Shown here in pieces: positions 1 through 9,058 of a stretch of 61,560 nt of DNA (its first letter is position 1; the number at the start of each line of letters is the position of its first letter). The notes beneath the pieces were generated by a model. The model had not been told where the DNA came from. It was given only the letters and a program-made list of their open reading frames with translations, and made no database searches. This DNA comes from a virus (Duplodnaviria; Caudoviricetes): positions 1 through 61,560 of the IMG/VR virus record IMGVR_UViG_3300009183_000101. The stretch is one strand, 5' to 3'. Both the position numbers and the translations under genes were made by a program.

Positions 1-33
1 ACAAATGTAATATTATTTTTGAAAATAACAAGT
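1..33 (-). promoter_or_regulatory. Conserved extended Bacteroidota-type promoter (TTGTTATTTTCAAAAATAATATTACATTTGT), pointing out of the window
   Basis: 33-bp exact copy of 721-753; contains the TAnnTTTG -7 element. Confidence 0.75.
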
Positions 34-50
34 AAAATAAAAAATATTTT

Positions 51-455
51 TTAATCTACCTTAAATTGGGTAATTTCATCCAAAGGAATAAATACTTGCA
101 GTTCAAAACCACCATTATTTTTAAAGTTTAAGAACTTGCCATTGTTTATTATCCAATCGTTTGGAACGTTCCATGTGTTTTTACCATCTTCGATTAACAC
201 GCTATCAAATAATTGGTCATTTAACAAAGAGTGATTCATTCCATAAGCATTGAATTTTAAAAATAGGTGACGTTTTGGGTCTCGTCTAATCTCAAATCTT
301 TTTTGAGCATGGTTAATAACACCAATCTCACGCTCACGTTTTTCTTTTGAGAGTGAAAGGGTGATTCTACTTACATCTCCGTACCAATAAGCACGAAGTA
401 TGTTGCCACTACTATCTATTTTATGGCGAATTTCTTTGGGTTTATTTAGTTCCAT
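51..455 (-). CDS. hypothetical phage protein
   Basis: 134-aa ORF overlapping the end of the HNH gene. Confidence 0.7.
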   Translation of the reverse strand: MELNKPKEIRHKIDSSGNILRAYWYGDVSRITLSLSKEKREREIGVINHAQKRFEIRRDPKRHLFLKFNAYGMNHSLLNDQLFDSVLIEDGKNTWNVPNDWIINNGKFLNFKNNGGFELQVFIPLDEITQFKVD

Positions 456-717
456 GTTTACCTCCCATCGTTAATATAAATTCTTCGTGTTTGCCAACCA
501 AAAAGTCATGATATTTTTTTTTATCAGCAAAATCAATGTGACACTTGCGACAAACTGCCATTAAATTTTTCATTTCATCGGGTTTATTTGTTCCACCCAT
601 TCCTCTTGGAATAATATGGTTTATGTCAACTGCTTGATTACCACATACTTCACAAGAAATGAAGTCTGAAGTATCGTAACCGAAATAGTCCATGTAAATC
701 TTTGTGTATGATTTCAT
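442..717 (-). CDS. HNH endonuclease
   Basis: CEVCG...DINHIIPRG...NLMAVCRKCH zinc/HNH signature. Confidence 0.85.
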   Translation of the reverse strand: MKSYTKIYMDYFGYDTSDFISCEVCGNQAVDINHIIPRGMGGTNKPDEMKNLMAVCRKCHIDFADKKKYHDFLVGKHEEFILTMGGKHGTK

Positions 718-720
718 ACA

Positions 721-753
721 ACAAATGTAATATTATTTTTGAAAATAACAAGT
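721..753 (-). promoter_or_regulatory. Conserved extended promoter, 4 nt upstream of the HNH start codon
   Basis: Identical to 1-33; TACATTTG -7 box. Confidence 0.75.
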
Positions 754-759
754 GAAAAT

Positions 760-825
760 AAAAAAAGGGTTAAAATTTCTTCTAACCCTCTTTTATTAAA
801 GAACAAATTGCTTCAAATGAAAAGC
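760..825 (-). ncRNA. candidate small RNA (promoter at 830-850, no ORF, intrinsic terminator at 760-794)
   Basis: TATATTTG promoter copy followed by about 65 nt ending in a GGGTTA..TAACCC hairpin and U tract. Confidence 0.4.
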
Positions 826-890
826 AATACAAATATAATATTATTTTTCAATAAACCTCATGTATTTTTTTAAATTTTGATAAAAGATTA

Positions 891-1280
891 TTATCTGAAT
901 TTAGAAACCTTTTTTGCAATTTTACTTGGTTGCTTAGAAAATTGTTCGCCTTTTTTAAGACTTTTCTTTTTTGCAGTTGAAGTGGCTTTATATTCTTGTG
1001 GGGTTAAAGATTTGATTGCTTTTCTTGGTAAATATCTTTCACCTGTTTCCAAAGATGGTTTTCCACTTTTTGTTGTCCAATCTTGTTTAGTCCATTTAGT
1101 TAGTGAATTATTTTTGCTTTTAGCCCCAATATATTCACCTCCTTTGTCCTTATATATTTTAACGGCTAATTGGGCTTTTCTCGCACTCCACTCACCCTTT
1201 TGACCTCCTTTATCACCTCTTTTTACAGATGCTACTACGGAATCCCAAAGTTTAGGGTTTTTCTTTTTTGCCGTTTCCAT
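891..1280 (-). CDS. basic protein, DUF5872-like
   Basis: WSARKAQL..KGGEY..WTKQDW..ERYLP motif; very Lys-rich. Confidence 0.6.
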   Translation of the reverse strand: METAKKKNPKLWDSVVASVKRGDKGGQKGEWSARKAQLAVKIYKDKGGEYIGAKSKNNSLTKWTKQDWTTKSGKPSLETGERYLPRKAIKSLTPQEYKATSTAKKKSLKKGEQFSKQPSKIAKKVSKFR

Positions 1281-1792
1281 TATTTAAATGAAAAATATTT
1301 TGTTGCATCAACAGGTACATCATTTAATCTTACTACAAAATGTAAATGATTACCCGTTGACATACCCGTTGTTCCGACATATCCAATCACTTGACCACTT
1401 GTAACGACAGAACCTACTTTAATGTTTTCGGGATATTTATTTAAATGAGCAAATCCAAATTTAGGGTATCCCGAATCAATTATTAACTGATTTCCACCCG
1501 AACTATTTGTATATTTTGCTGAAACTACTCCATTTAAAGGTGCTAAAATAGGTGTATTTAAAGGTGCTCCTATATCTACTCCATTGTGAAAGCCATATAC
1601 TCTTGTTATTGGATTAATTCTACCACCAAATCCCGAACCGACCTTCCCTTTTATTGGATTTACTAAATCATTTTTCCAATTACTTTCAGTATAAGTTGTA
1701 TATATTTTTTTTGTGATAATATATAAAAACAAAATACCTCCTAATAAATAGGAAGTATATTTTACCCTTTTATCTTGGAAAATTTCTAACAT
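1280..1792 (-). CDS. M23 family metallopeptidase with N-terminal TM helix
   Basis: HNGVD (HxxxD), AHL, STGNHLHF (HxH). Confidence 0.9.
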   Translation of the reverse strand: MLEIFQDKRVKYTSYLLGGILFLYIITKKIYTTYTESNWKNDLVNPIKGKVGSGFGGRINPITRVYGFHNGVDIGAPLNTPILAPLNGVVSAKYTNSSGGNQLIIDSGYPKFGFAHLNKYPENIKVGSVVTSGQVIGYVGTTGMSTGNHLHFVVRLNDVPVDATKYFSFK

Positions 1793-1794
1793 AT

Positions 1795-2031
1795 TTAATA
1801 TCCTAAAGCCTTTTCTAATTCTTCTTTTTTCATTATACCAAATTTTATTCTATTTACTGCATTGTTTTGTAAACCTTTTAAAACTAAGTATTGTCTAAGT
1901 AATTCTTGATATTCTGCATCTTCGTTGGAAAATTCAGTAGTATTGTTTTTATCAATAAAAAAGTACACATAAGTACCCATAAATAATGCCAACACACCTA
2001 ATCCAAATAATATTACTGCTTTCTTTTTCAT
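1795..2031 (-). CDS. small membrane protein
   Basis: N-terminal hydrophobic helix. Confidence 0.7.
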   Translation of the reverse strand: MKKKAVILFGLGVLALFMGTYVYFFIDKNNTTEFSNEDAEYQELLRQYLVLKGLQNNAVNRIKFGIMKKEELEKALGY

Positions 2032-2033
2032 AA

Positions 2034-2840
2034 TTATAAAATCATATCTGCATCAACAAGAATGTAATCAAAAAATTTGCTAAATTTCTTATTTGCTCTA
2101 CGCATCTTTTGTTGCCATTTGTTACATAAAAAATATATTTTGTTTAAATCGTTGTTATCTTTAAAAACTTGACAACCTGCACTATCTCTAAACATTAAAT
2201 TACCCCAACTACGATGAATAAACATTCCTGCATTATATCTTGCAGGACTTAATTTAATTTGTTTTGCATAAGCATCAGCAGTCATACCTTCGGGAATTTG
2301 TTGTTTACCTTTTTCAACTACGTTAAATTGCCATACATTTTGCTCAGTACGACAAAGTAAAGCATTGCTATTTGCAAAGTTACCTAATTGATATAAATAA
2401 TGACCACAAAATTCGGGAATTAGTGGGGTTGGTTTCCAATTTCTTGCTATTAAATATCCCGTTTTCTTAGCCCCTGCAATTGGATTTTGTCTGTATGCCG
2501 ATGTTGGGTCAGTCGTAAATGGAAAATATTCAATCGTCCATTCTTTTAAAACGGGAAACAATGCACTTGTTTGTCTTCTCAACATCACAAACACATCATC
2601 AGCAGTTACTCCACCTTTAATGCCCGAAACACCACAAGACTTAACCCTTATACCGATAAAAATTGGTTTATCTAAATAAACATCTTCTGTCTCGTAAGCA
2701 GTTAAAGCATTTGGATAATATAATTTAATCGATTCTACAATCCTTAAAGCATCAAGTGTTTTACCATTGATGATAGGATTATATTTTATTTCGGCAGTTA
2801 TTTTTTCTCCAAAATCATTTGTAATAGTTAATGATGCCAT
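2034..2840 (-). CDS. YkuD/L,D-transpeptidase-like cysteine enzyme (possible endolysin)
   Basis: GMFIHRS...SAGCQV; motif shared with 58609-59235. Confidence 0.55.
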   Translation of the reverse strand: MASLTITNDFGEKITAEIKYNPIINGKTLDALRIVESIKLYYPNALTAYETEDVYLDKPIFIGIRVKSCGVSGIKGGVTADDVFVMLRRQTSALFPVLKEWTIEYFPFTTDPTSAYRQNPIAGAKKTGYLIARNWKPTPLIPEFCGHYLYQLGNFANSNALLCRTEQNVWQFNVVEKGKQQIPEGMTADAYAKQIKLSPARYNAGMFIHRSWGNLMFRDSAGCQVFKDNNDLNKIYFLCNKWQQKMRRANKKFSKFFDYILVDADMIL

Positions 2841-2877
2841 ACTTATAATTTATTTATTCACAAATATAATAAAAATA

Positions 2878-3471
2878 TTACACTTTTGACATTGTAGCAA
2901 TTACGCTCGGAATAGCAGGTATATTTACACTTTCAGCAACTGCTAATAATACTATATGTACATCTGTAGTGTACCATACTATTTCTAAATAATCATTTTC
3001 ATTCATTTCGCAGAAAAAATTCCACGAAGGAACTAACCTTGTATTATTATTTGCTTGAATAGAAATTGTACTTGCTGAATTAGGTATATTTTGACCATTT
3101 TTTTTAAACCAAATATAAATAATTTCTAAACTTCCACCCAAAATTTTAGTTAATTGAGCAGAAAATTGCAAATTGTAAACCCCTGCTTGGGATACTTTTA
3201 ATTGGCTATTATTAACAACGCTTACTCCATTTGAAATATATGTAGAATTAAATGTAAAAATCTTAATTTCGCTACCTAAACTTGTTTGAGTGGTTGTGTC
3301 ATAAAAACTACCTTGATAACCCGAAGCACGATTATAGTAATTATTTAAAGATTCCGTTTTGCCATAAATATCTTTAAGCATTAAGAGGTCTGATTCATCA
3401 TCTTTAAATATAGCAAGACTATTGCCTATTGGCGAAGTTATATCTTCGCTTAATGATTTAGATATTGACAT
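2878..3471 (-). CDS. virion surface protein with C1q/BclA-like beta-sandwich
   Basis: GSFYDTTTQ..AGVYNLQFSAQL..IWFKKNG..DYLEI pattern; ATG at 3471 follows a promoter. Confidence 0.55.
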   Translation of the reverse strand: MSISKSLSEDITSPIGNSLAIFKDDESDLLMLKDIYGKTESLNNYYNRASGYQGSFYDTTTQTSLGSEIKIFTFNSTYISNGVSVVNNSQLKVSQAGVYNLQFSAQLTKILGGSLEIIYIWFKKNGQNIPNSASTISIQANNNTRLVPSWNFFCEMNENDYLEIVWYTTDVHIVLLAVAESVNIPAIPSVIATMSKV

Positions 3472-3529
3472 ATACAAATATAATTGAATTTTTTATACAA
3501 AAAAAACCCCAAAAAATAGGGGCTTTAAA

Positions 3530-3937
3530 TTATCTTTCTATTGTTTCAAATAATTCAAATGCACTTCGCATAAATGCAACTTCAATTTTTAACTCTTCTA
3601 AATTTACATCATATTCATTTTTAAAACGTGCATCTTTAACAATGTTTTTAGCATAATTATTTAACCAAGACACTAATTCAAAAAACAAAATTTCTCGCAT
3701 TTTCAAAACTCCGAATTTGCCGTGAGTTTTTTCAACTTTGCAAATAATAAGTTTTTCAACTTCTTTAATTACCATTTCTAATTTTATCATTTTGAAAGCA
3801 CACAACCCAACATAATCGATAGTTAAATTACCATCATATTCAATGGTTGAAAGTTCTAATAACTCAAGTTCATTAATTTGCATTAGGTCATTCACCAATT
3901 GTGAGAAATTTTCTTCGTTTGAATTTTTGTTTTCCAT
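3530..3937 (-). CDS. hypothetical protein with its own conserved promoter (3960-3990) and terminator (about 3498-3526)
   Basis: 135-aa ORF between a promoter copy and a hairpin with U tract. Confidence 0.7.
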   Translation of the reverse strand: MENKNSNEENFSQLVNDLMQINELELLELSTIEYDGNLTIDYVGLCAFKMIKLEMVIKEVEKLIICKVEKTHGKFGVLKMREILFFELVSWLNNYAKNIVKDARFKNEYDVNLEELKIEVAFMRSAFELFETIER

Positions 3938-4012
3938 TTGTTTTGTTCTTTTGTTGAATACAAATGTAATATTATTTTACAAACAAGCAAATATTTTCAA
4001 AAATAATTTTAA

Positions 4013-4216
4013 TTATTCTATCGTTGGTGTATATTCTATTCTTTCGAGTTCTTCAAGTTGGTTGTGTATTTCTGTGAAATTTTCATCATCTAAAACTTCT
4101 AAACCCACAATATACCTATCAGAACCGTCTAAAACAAATAAAAGTTCAGAAGTATTATTTTGATAACCATTTAAAGAGTTAAACTGCTCGTTATTAGGAT
4201 GTAAAACTATTATCAT
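4013..4216 (-). CDS. small acidic protein, likely accessory to the spike gene
   Basis: ATGA overlap with the upstream gene. Confidence 0.65.
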   Translation of the reverse strand: MIIVLHPNNEQFNSLNGYQNNTSELLFVLDGSDRYIVGLEVLDDENFTEIHNQLEELERIEYTPTIE

Positions 4217-4998
4217 AATGAGGTTAAATAAGTATTAATTGCGTTATAATATAAGGTGTCTTCAGAACTTGTAAAATTTGCCCCCATAGAATAAAATCTA
4301 AAAATTCTACGACCATTATAGGTGTTTACATATCTCATAATTAATTGTTCGGTATTTATTAATGTTTGTGAGGTTTGCGTAGTTGAATTATATCCACCTA
4401 CGGTTGACGATGCTATATTAGTAGAGGTTGACCTGTATAAACCATGCCAACCACTCACATTAAGTGCTATGGGTACATTACTATTATTATTAGAATTTAT
4501 TCGTTGTTGATTTGTACTGAAATATTGGGTTGAATTATACGTACTTGCGACTATACCATCTAATGCACCACCACTACCAGAACCAAAATCCTCAATCCAA
4601 TAATTTCGTGATGCACTATTTAAGATGTAATTTGTTCCCGTAGATATGTTAAAATTTGTGTTTATGTAACTTGATGTACCATTACCTCTAAATCCACTAT
4701 TTGTCGTAAATGTCGGAGAATTCACTGCCGTATATAATGATAATCTCTTCCAATCAATTAAAGCAAAATTGGAATTTCCATCGGTTGCAAATACTGCAAA
4801 AGTATCTAATTTATTCCATATACCACCTGCTTTTAAATCTAACATTAATTGATTTTGTTTCGTGCGTTGACCAACACTTGGCAAGGTATATCCTAAAGAC
4901 GTTCCGTAGTTTAAAACGGCTTGGTAGTCTGAATCAAAACCACTTCCACCTCCACCTCCTCCACTTGAGATGCTATTGCCTATAATATTGATTAACAT
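4213..4998 (-). CDS. putative spike/receptor-binding protein
   Basis: Short N-terminal anchor, poly-Gly linker, Asn/Thr/Ser-rich beta domain; directly after the spike-base gene. Confidence 0.55.
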   Translation of the reverse strand: MLINIIGNSISSGGGGGGSGFDSDYQAVLNYGTSLGYTLPSVGQRTKQNQLMLDLKAGGIWNKLDTFAVFATDGNSNFALIDWKRLSLYTAVNSPTFTTNSGFRGNGTSSYINTNFNISTGTNYILNSASRNYWIEDFGSGSGGALDGIVASTYNSTQYFSTNQQRINSNNNSNVPIALNVSGWHGLYRSTSTNIASSTVGGYNSTTQTSQTLINTEQLIMRYVNTYNGRRIFRFYSMGANFTSSEDTLYYNAINTYLTSL

Positions 4999-5001
4999 AA
5001 T

Positions 5002-5265
5002 TTAAAATAAAGCCAATAAATTAGTAGCAGTTGTATTGGTGCTCCAAACTCTTAAAACTTGTATTGGTAAAAATGTGCCCGATGGAATATTGTTAAATAC
5101 AACAACTTGTCCACCCAACATAGTAACTTGTAAATTACCTGTAGTTCCTACATAAATACAAGCCCCTGTTTCTGTCGAAGATATTGCACCACCCGAAAGA
5201 GTTAAATCTGTAGAATTTGAAGGGGTTATTACAGATGCGTTTAATGCTTGAAAAGTATTAGCCAT
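5002..5265 (-). CDS. capsid spike-base protein, RcGTA Rcc01079-like
   Basis: ITPS..DL..IYVGTTGNL.V..G..V.F.NIPSGTFLPIQV.RV..T.TTA motif. Confidence 0.65.
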   Translation of the reverse strand: MANTFQALNASVITPSNSTDLTLSGGAISSTETGACIYVGTTGNLQVTMLGGQVVVFNNIPSGTFLPIQVLRVWSTNTTATNLLALF

Positions 5266-5396
5266 ATTATTTTATGTTAATTTAATAAGCAAATTTAATC
5301 AAAAATATACATTATACGAATTTTTACTAAATAAAACTATTTAATCACCAAAAAAATGATAACTATAAATTGGAAAATCCGAATTTTGGTGAGAAG

Positions 5397-5465
5397 AAAA
5401 AAGGGGCAACCTCCCCAAGTCACCCCTTATCAAACACAATCCTCAACTAATGAGTTCCCAAATCA
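5397..5465 (-). ncRNA. candidate small RNA ending in a GC-rich terminator
   Basis: Imperfect -7 box at 5470-5477; GGGGTGAC..GTTGCCCC hairpin and U tract; no ORF. Confidence 0.3.
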
Positions 5466-5865
5466 AATGCAAATATCATAAAAAATATGGAAAATACAAA
5501 TAATAGAATGTCTGTTATCGAGTTTAATGGCAAAATTATTGTAAAAGAATCTATCGAAATATGATTGGGTAAGTTCATTTTTGTTAATAGTTCAAAGTTG
5601 TGTTTGTTAAATAACGCTATCCACCTATGGTCTTGTAGAACGTTTATATGATTCCACTCTTAATCAAAATTTGTTAAATGTTGTGTACTGCCTTGTTATT
5701 ACAAGTAATAGAAAAACCAAGTTTATTATCAAAGAAAATAAAAATGAAATATCAATTTAATTGCAATGCTAAAACCTATATTAAAAAAGGGCTCAACACA
5801 TTTTTTTAACAAAAATTTTTTTTTAAAAATTGATTATTGTAATTTCGTCACCCCAAAACACAATT

Positions 5866-6870
5866 ATGCCCCGTAATCCTAAAGTACAAACGAAGCGAAA
5901 ACAAGCCTTAAAAACCTATAATAAGGTCTATAAAGCCGTTAAAAAATTCGCTCAAAAAAATGATTTACAATGGTCTATAAAGGAAGTTAGAGACTTTACT
6001 AAGAAGAAAGTTTATCCCGACTTCAAAGGCGAAAAATCTTATCAAGTTAGAATAAGAGATATTAAAGCCGTAATTCAAACACAACTTCAAGCCCCAACTC
6101 CTACCGAAGTAGAAGGTGTACAATCGTCACAAATATATTATAACCCTTTACTTATTAGCCCTTCAAGAACCACGGGTATTTTATGGTTTGACCTTGATGA
6201 TTATTTAAGTGTGGATTTGATTTCTGAAGTTAGCCCAATGGATTTAAGAGTTGAAGTAAATGCAGGGGAATATGGTTCAACAGGTATTTTTGATTTATTG
6301 AATTATCAATATGAATTTACAGGGGTTAACGAAATTATTGAAAGTATTCGAGAATCTTTGGAAGATGATTCAGAGCCCGAATGGGTGGGACAACCCGTGA
6401 TTCGACAAGGATTTACTGACGATGGTCAAACCGATTCTTATTTTTTGCGTTTTACACTATATATAGGTGGGAAGGAAATTACTCCAACCTTTACTGCTGA
6501 AGTTTCGACAACGGAAATTCCCTTACCTCAAGAAACTTTAGAAGAGCGTAGAGCACGAAGAAAAGAAATCACATTGCGAAAAAAAGAACTTGCAAAAGTT
6601 CGTAGACAAGCAATGAAAGAAAAGGAAGCCCGAAAACGTCAACGTCCTACCAAAAAAGAAAAACCAACTTTAGAGCCAAAAACTTCTCAAGAAACTCGAA
6701 GCAAAAATGTTCAAGAAGCACTTGAGCGTGAAAAAGAGATGTTAGCAGAATCCGAGCGTTTATTTCGTGAAGGTATTTTGACTAAAAAAGAGTTTATTGC
6801 AGAGCGTAAAGAAATTATGGCTACAACTAAAATTGCTATTTCTAAATTTAAAGATGGTGGTGTAGTGTAG
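5866..6870 (+). CDS. hypothetical protein with basic ends, acidic core and C-terminal KFKDGG motif
   Basis: Long ORF; ATG at 5866 preceded by an A-rich leader. Confidence 0.75.
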   Translation: MPRNPKVQTKRKQALKTYNKVYKAVKKFAQKNDLQWSIKEVRDFTKKKVYPDFKGEKSYQVRIRDIKAVIQTQLQAPTPTEVEGVQSSQIYYNPLLISPSRTTGILWFDLDDYLSVDLISEVSPMDLRVEVNAGEYGSTGIFDLLNYQYEFTGVNEIIESIRESLEDDSEPEWVGQPVIRQGFTDDGQTDSYFLRFTLYIGGKEITPTFTAEVSTTEIPLPQETLEERRARRKEITLRKKELAKVRRQAMKEKEARKRQRPTKKEKPTLEPKTSQETRSKNVQEALEREKEMLAESERLFREGILTKKEFIAERKEIMATTKIAISKFKDGGVV

Positions 6871-6901
6871 TTATTTTCAAAAATAATATTATATTTGTTG
6901 T

Positions 6902-7657
6902 ATGAGAACCGAATTCACAAATAGCCCCGAAGTGGTTGAGCGTGTATTCAAGCCAATTGGCAAAGACCAAGCGTTACTTGATGCACTCGTAAACCGAAAA
7001 CAAAATTTTGTAATTCGCAAGACGAAGTATTATACTTCGATTATTCACGATGGATTAGAAACTATTTATCCAAGTAAAGATAAGGAATGTCAGTTTCCCC
7101 CAAAACAACTTTGGATATTTTCAGCCGTTAAAAGAGATGCAATTAAATTCAGTCAAGAAAATCCTAATTTTGAGATAAGTAATAAATTGCCCGTGAACGT
7201 TACAAACATTGATTATGATAATTCTTATGGTCAAATTACGGGCACAGATATTGAATCAGCATATTGGACAATGGCTAATAAAATGGGAATTATTTCAGAT
7301 AAAACCTATACCAAAGGAAACGAGAAGGATTATAAAGTAACGAAATTAGCGTCACTTGCAGTTTTAGGGCGTATAAAAGCATATTATGTTTATGATAAAG
7401 GTGTGAAAATTGAAAAACCAATTATTGTAGCAACGGAGCACCACGAAAAATTAAAAAACTTATATAGAGCAATTCGTTATGGTTGCTATCATCACATGGG
7501 TCAACTTGCAGTTTTGTTGGGTAAAGATTTTGAAGCATATAGAACAGATTGTATTTACTATAGAGATTCATTTGAAAACAGAAAAAAAGTGTACGATTAC
7601 CTTACAGAACAAGGGTTTACATATCGACAAATAATTTGGGACGAAGAAAATCAATAA
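6902..7657 (+). CDS. minimal family-B DNA polymerase-like protein (palm only)
   Basis: Motif A-like TDIESAYW, B-like KLASLAVLG, C-like YRTDCIYY in the correct order; no exonuclease domain. Confidence 0.5.
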   Translation: MRTEFTNSPEVVERVFKPIGKDQALLDALVNRKQNFVIRKTKYYTSIIHDGLETIYPSKDKECQFPPKQLWIFSAVKRDAIKFSQENPNFEISNKLPVNVTNIDYDNSYGQITGTDIESAYWTMANKMGIISDKTYTKGNEKDYKVTKLASLAVLGRIKAYYVYDKGVKIEKPIIVATEHHEKLKNLYRAIRYGCYHHMGQLAVLLGKDFEAYRTDCIYYRDSFENRKKVYDYLTEQGFTYRQIIWDEENQ

Positions 7658-7720
7658 TTTTTTAAAAATATTTGCAATATTATTTTGTAAAATAAAATTA
7701 CTTTGTATATTTGTATCGAA

Positions 7721-8119
7721 ATGAGTATTACATTAGAATTAAACGAAGTAAAAATCGAGGAATTAATTGACCAAGATACCCTTGATTATTATGCTATGGG
7801 AAGAGCAAAAGATATTGCAGAAGTAAATCGTGAGTTATTTAAAGGTGGCGAAGAATTCGTTTACCAAGACTACTTATTTTGTTTTATTTTCGTTGCTGAA
7901 GATGGTCACAATTTAACATTTTTACAACCTTATCGTGCAAATGTTTCTAAACATTTATGGAAGTACAAATTCGGTTGTCAAGATAACGAAGGTAATATCT
8001 TTTGGTTTTTTAAGAATAAAGCCAAAGCAAAAAATAGAGAAATGGCAATTCAGATTTTTATTGAACTTCAAAAATATTGCCAAGACCAAAATTTAAAACC
8101 ATTTATAATAAAAAAATAA
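7721..8119 (+). CDS. hypothetical protein
   Basis: ATG at 7721 after a TATATTTG promoter. Confidence 0.7.
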   Translation: MSITLELNEVKIEELIDQDTLDYYAMGRAKDIAEVNRELFKGGEEFVYQDYLFCFIFVAEDGHNLTFLQPYRANVSKHLWKYKFGCQDNEGNIFWFFKNKAKAKNREMAIQIFIELQKYCQDQNLKPFIIKK

Positions 8120-8121
8120 TT

Positions 8122-8340
8122 ATGCAAAAAAGAACAATTGCTCAAAAAATGAATGATTTTACTCAGAAGATTTCTGATAAAATCTCAGAAAAATTATTTC
8201 CTGCACCTCAACAAGAAGCGAAACCATTTGCTGAATGGTATGCAGAAATGAAAACTTTAGATGATGTTGCACAACAACTTGCAGAAGTTTATCAACATAA
8301 CATTAACGAAAGTAAACGCTATTACAACTACTCAAAATGA
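8122..8340 (+). CDS. hypothetical protein
   Basis: ORF packed in operon. Confidence 0.65.
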   Translation: MQKRTIAQKMNDFTQKISDKISEKLFPAPQQEAKPFAEWYAEMKTLDDVAQQLAEVYQHNINESKRYYNYSK

Positions 8341-8678
8341 AAGCAGTAAAAATTGATGTTGAAAAACAAGATATTTATGAGATAGAATTTGAAGGTGGCT
8401 TAGATGCTATTTATAGAATTATCGGTAATGGATGTGATTGTTTTGAGTGTCCGATTACTTTTCCTTCAGAAAATAATTTAGGTAATGGACTCTATTGTGA
8501 TGGAGAAATTTTATTTAGAGTTCACGATATTAAAGGTGGTTTTCAATTAGATTCTTGGGATTCTCCAATCATGAATAATGCAATGATTGTTGGAACTGAT
8601 TCTGATGGATATGATGTTGACCACGATATACATATTGAAGATTTGAAAAAACAAATTAATTGGATTAAAGTAAGATAA
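8337..8678 (+). CDS. DUF3846-like protein
   Basis: KAVKID..L.AIYRIIG..E..LYCDGE..G.D..G pattern. Confidence 0.55.
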   Translation: MKAVKIDVEKQDIYEIEFEGGLDAIYRIIGNGCDCFECPITFPSENNLGNGLYCDGEILFRVHDIKGGFQLDSWDSPIMNNAMIVGTDSDGYDVDHDIHIEDLKKQINWIKVR

Positions 8679-8821
8679 TTTTAAAAGGGTGGGGAGTAGT
8701 TGGCGACTTTACCCACCCTTATTGGACAACACGACACTTCTAACGAAATGTATGTGCTTCAAAAATAATTAACAAAACATTATAATTAATTACCCCTTAA
8801 TCTATTATTTACACCTATTTT

Positions 8822-9058
8822 ATGAATATTTACAGATTTTATTTTACGGATATTGAGAAACCGATAAAAATTGAAGCAATAAATAAATACAACGCTCGAA
8901 TTAAATTACAAAATATTATTCCCAATTTGGAGTCTAAAGGTTATTTTTTAGAAAACCTTTGTCGAGAAAGCGTAGAAGCCTTATTAGATGGGGTAAGCGA
9001 AAAAAAAATCAATAATCAAAAATACATTTGGAATAACAACACTTGGAATAAGTTATGA
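8822..9058 (+). CDS. hypothetical protein
   Basis: 78-aa ORF; ATGA overlap with the nuclease gene. Confidence 0.65.
   Translation: MNIYRFYFTDIEKPIKIEAINKYNARIKLQNIIPNLESKGYFLENLCRESVEALLDGVSEKKINNQKYIWNNNTWNKL

Noticed and set aside
877-1203. Plus-strand ORFs antisense to the minus-strand operons (for example 877, 3843, 19070, 25461, 27047, 47231, 50926)
   Set aside because: Shadow frames of well-supported genes, without start context or protein-like composition
8685-8720. GC-rich hairpin AAGGGTGGG..CCCACCCTT
   Set aside because: No U tract on the plus strand; cannot distinguish terminator, processing site or RNA element
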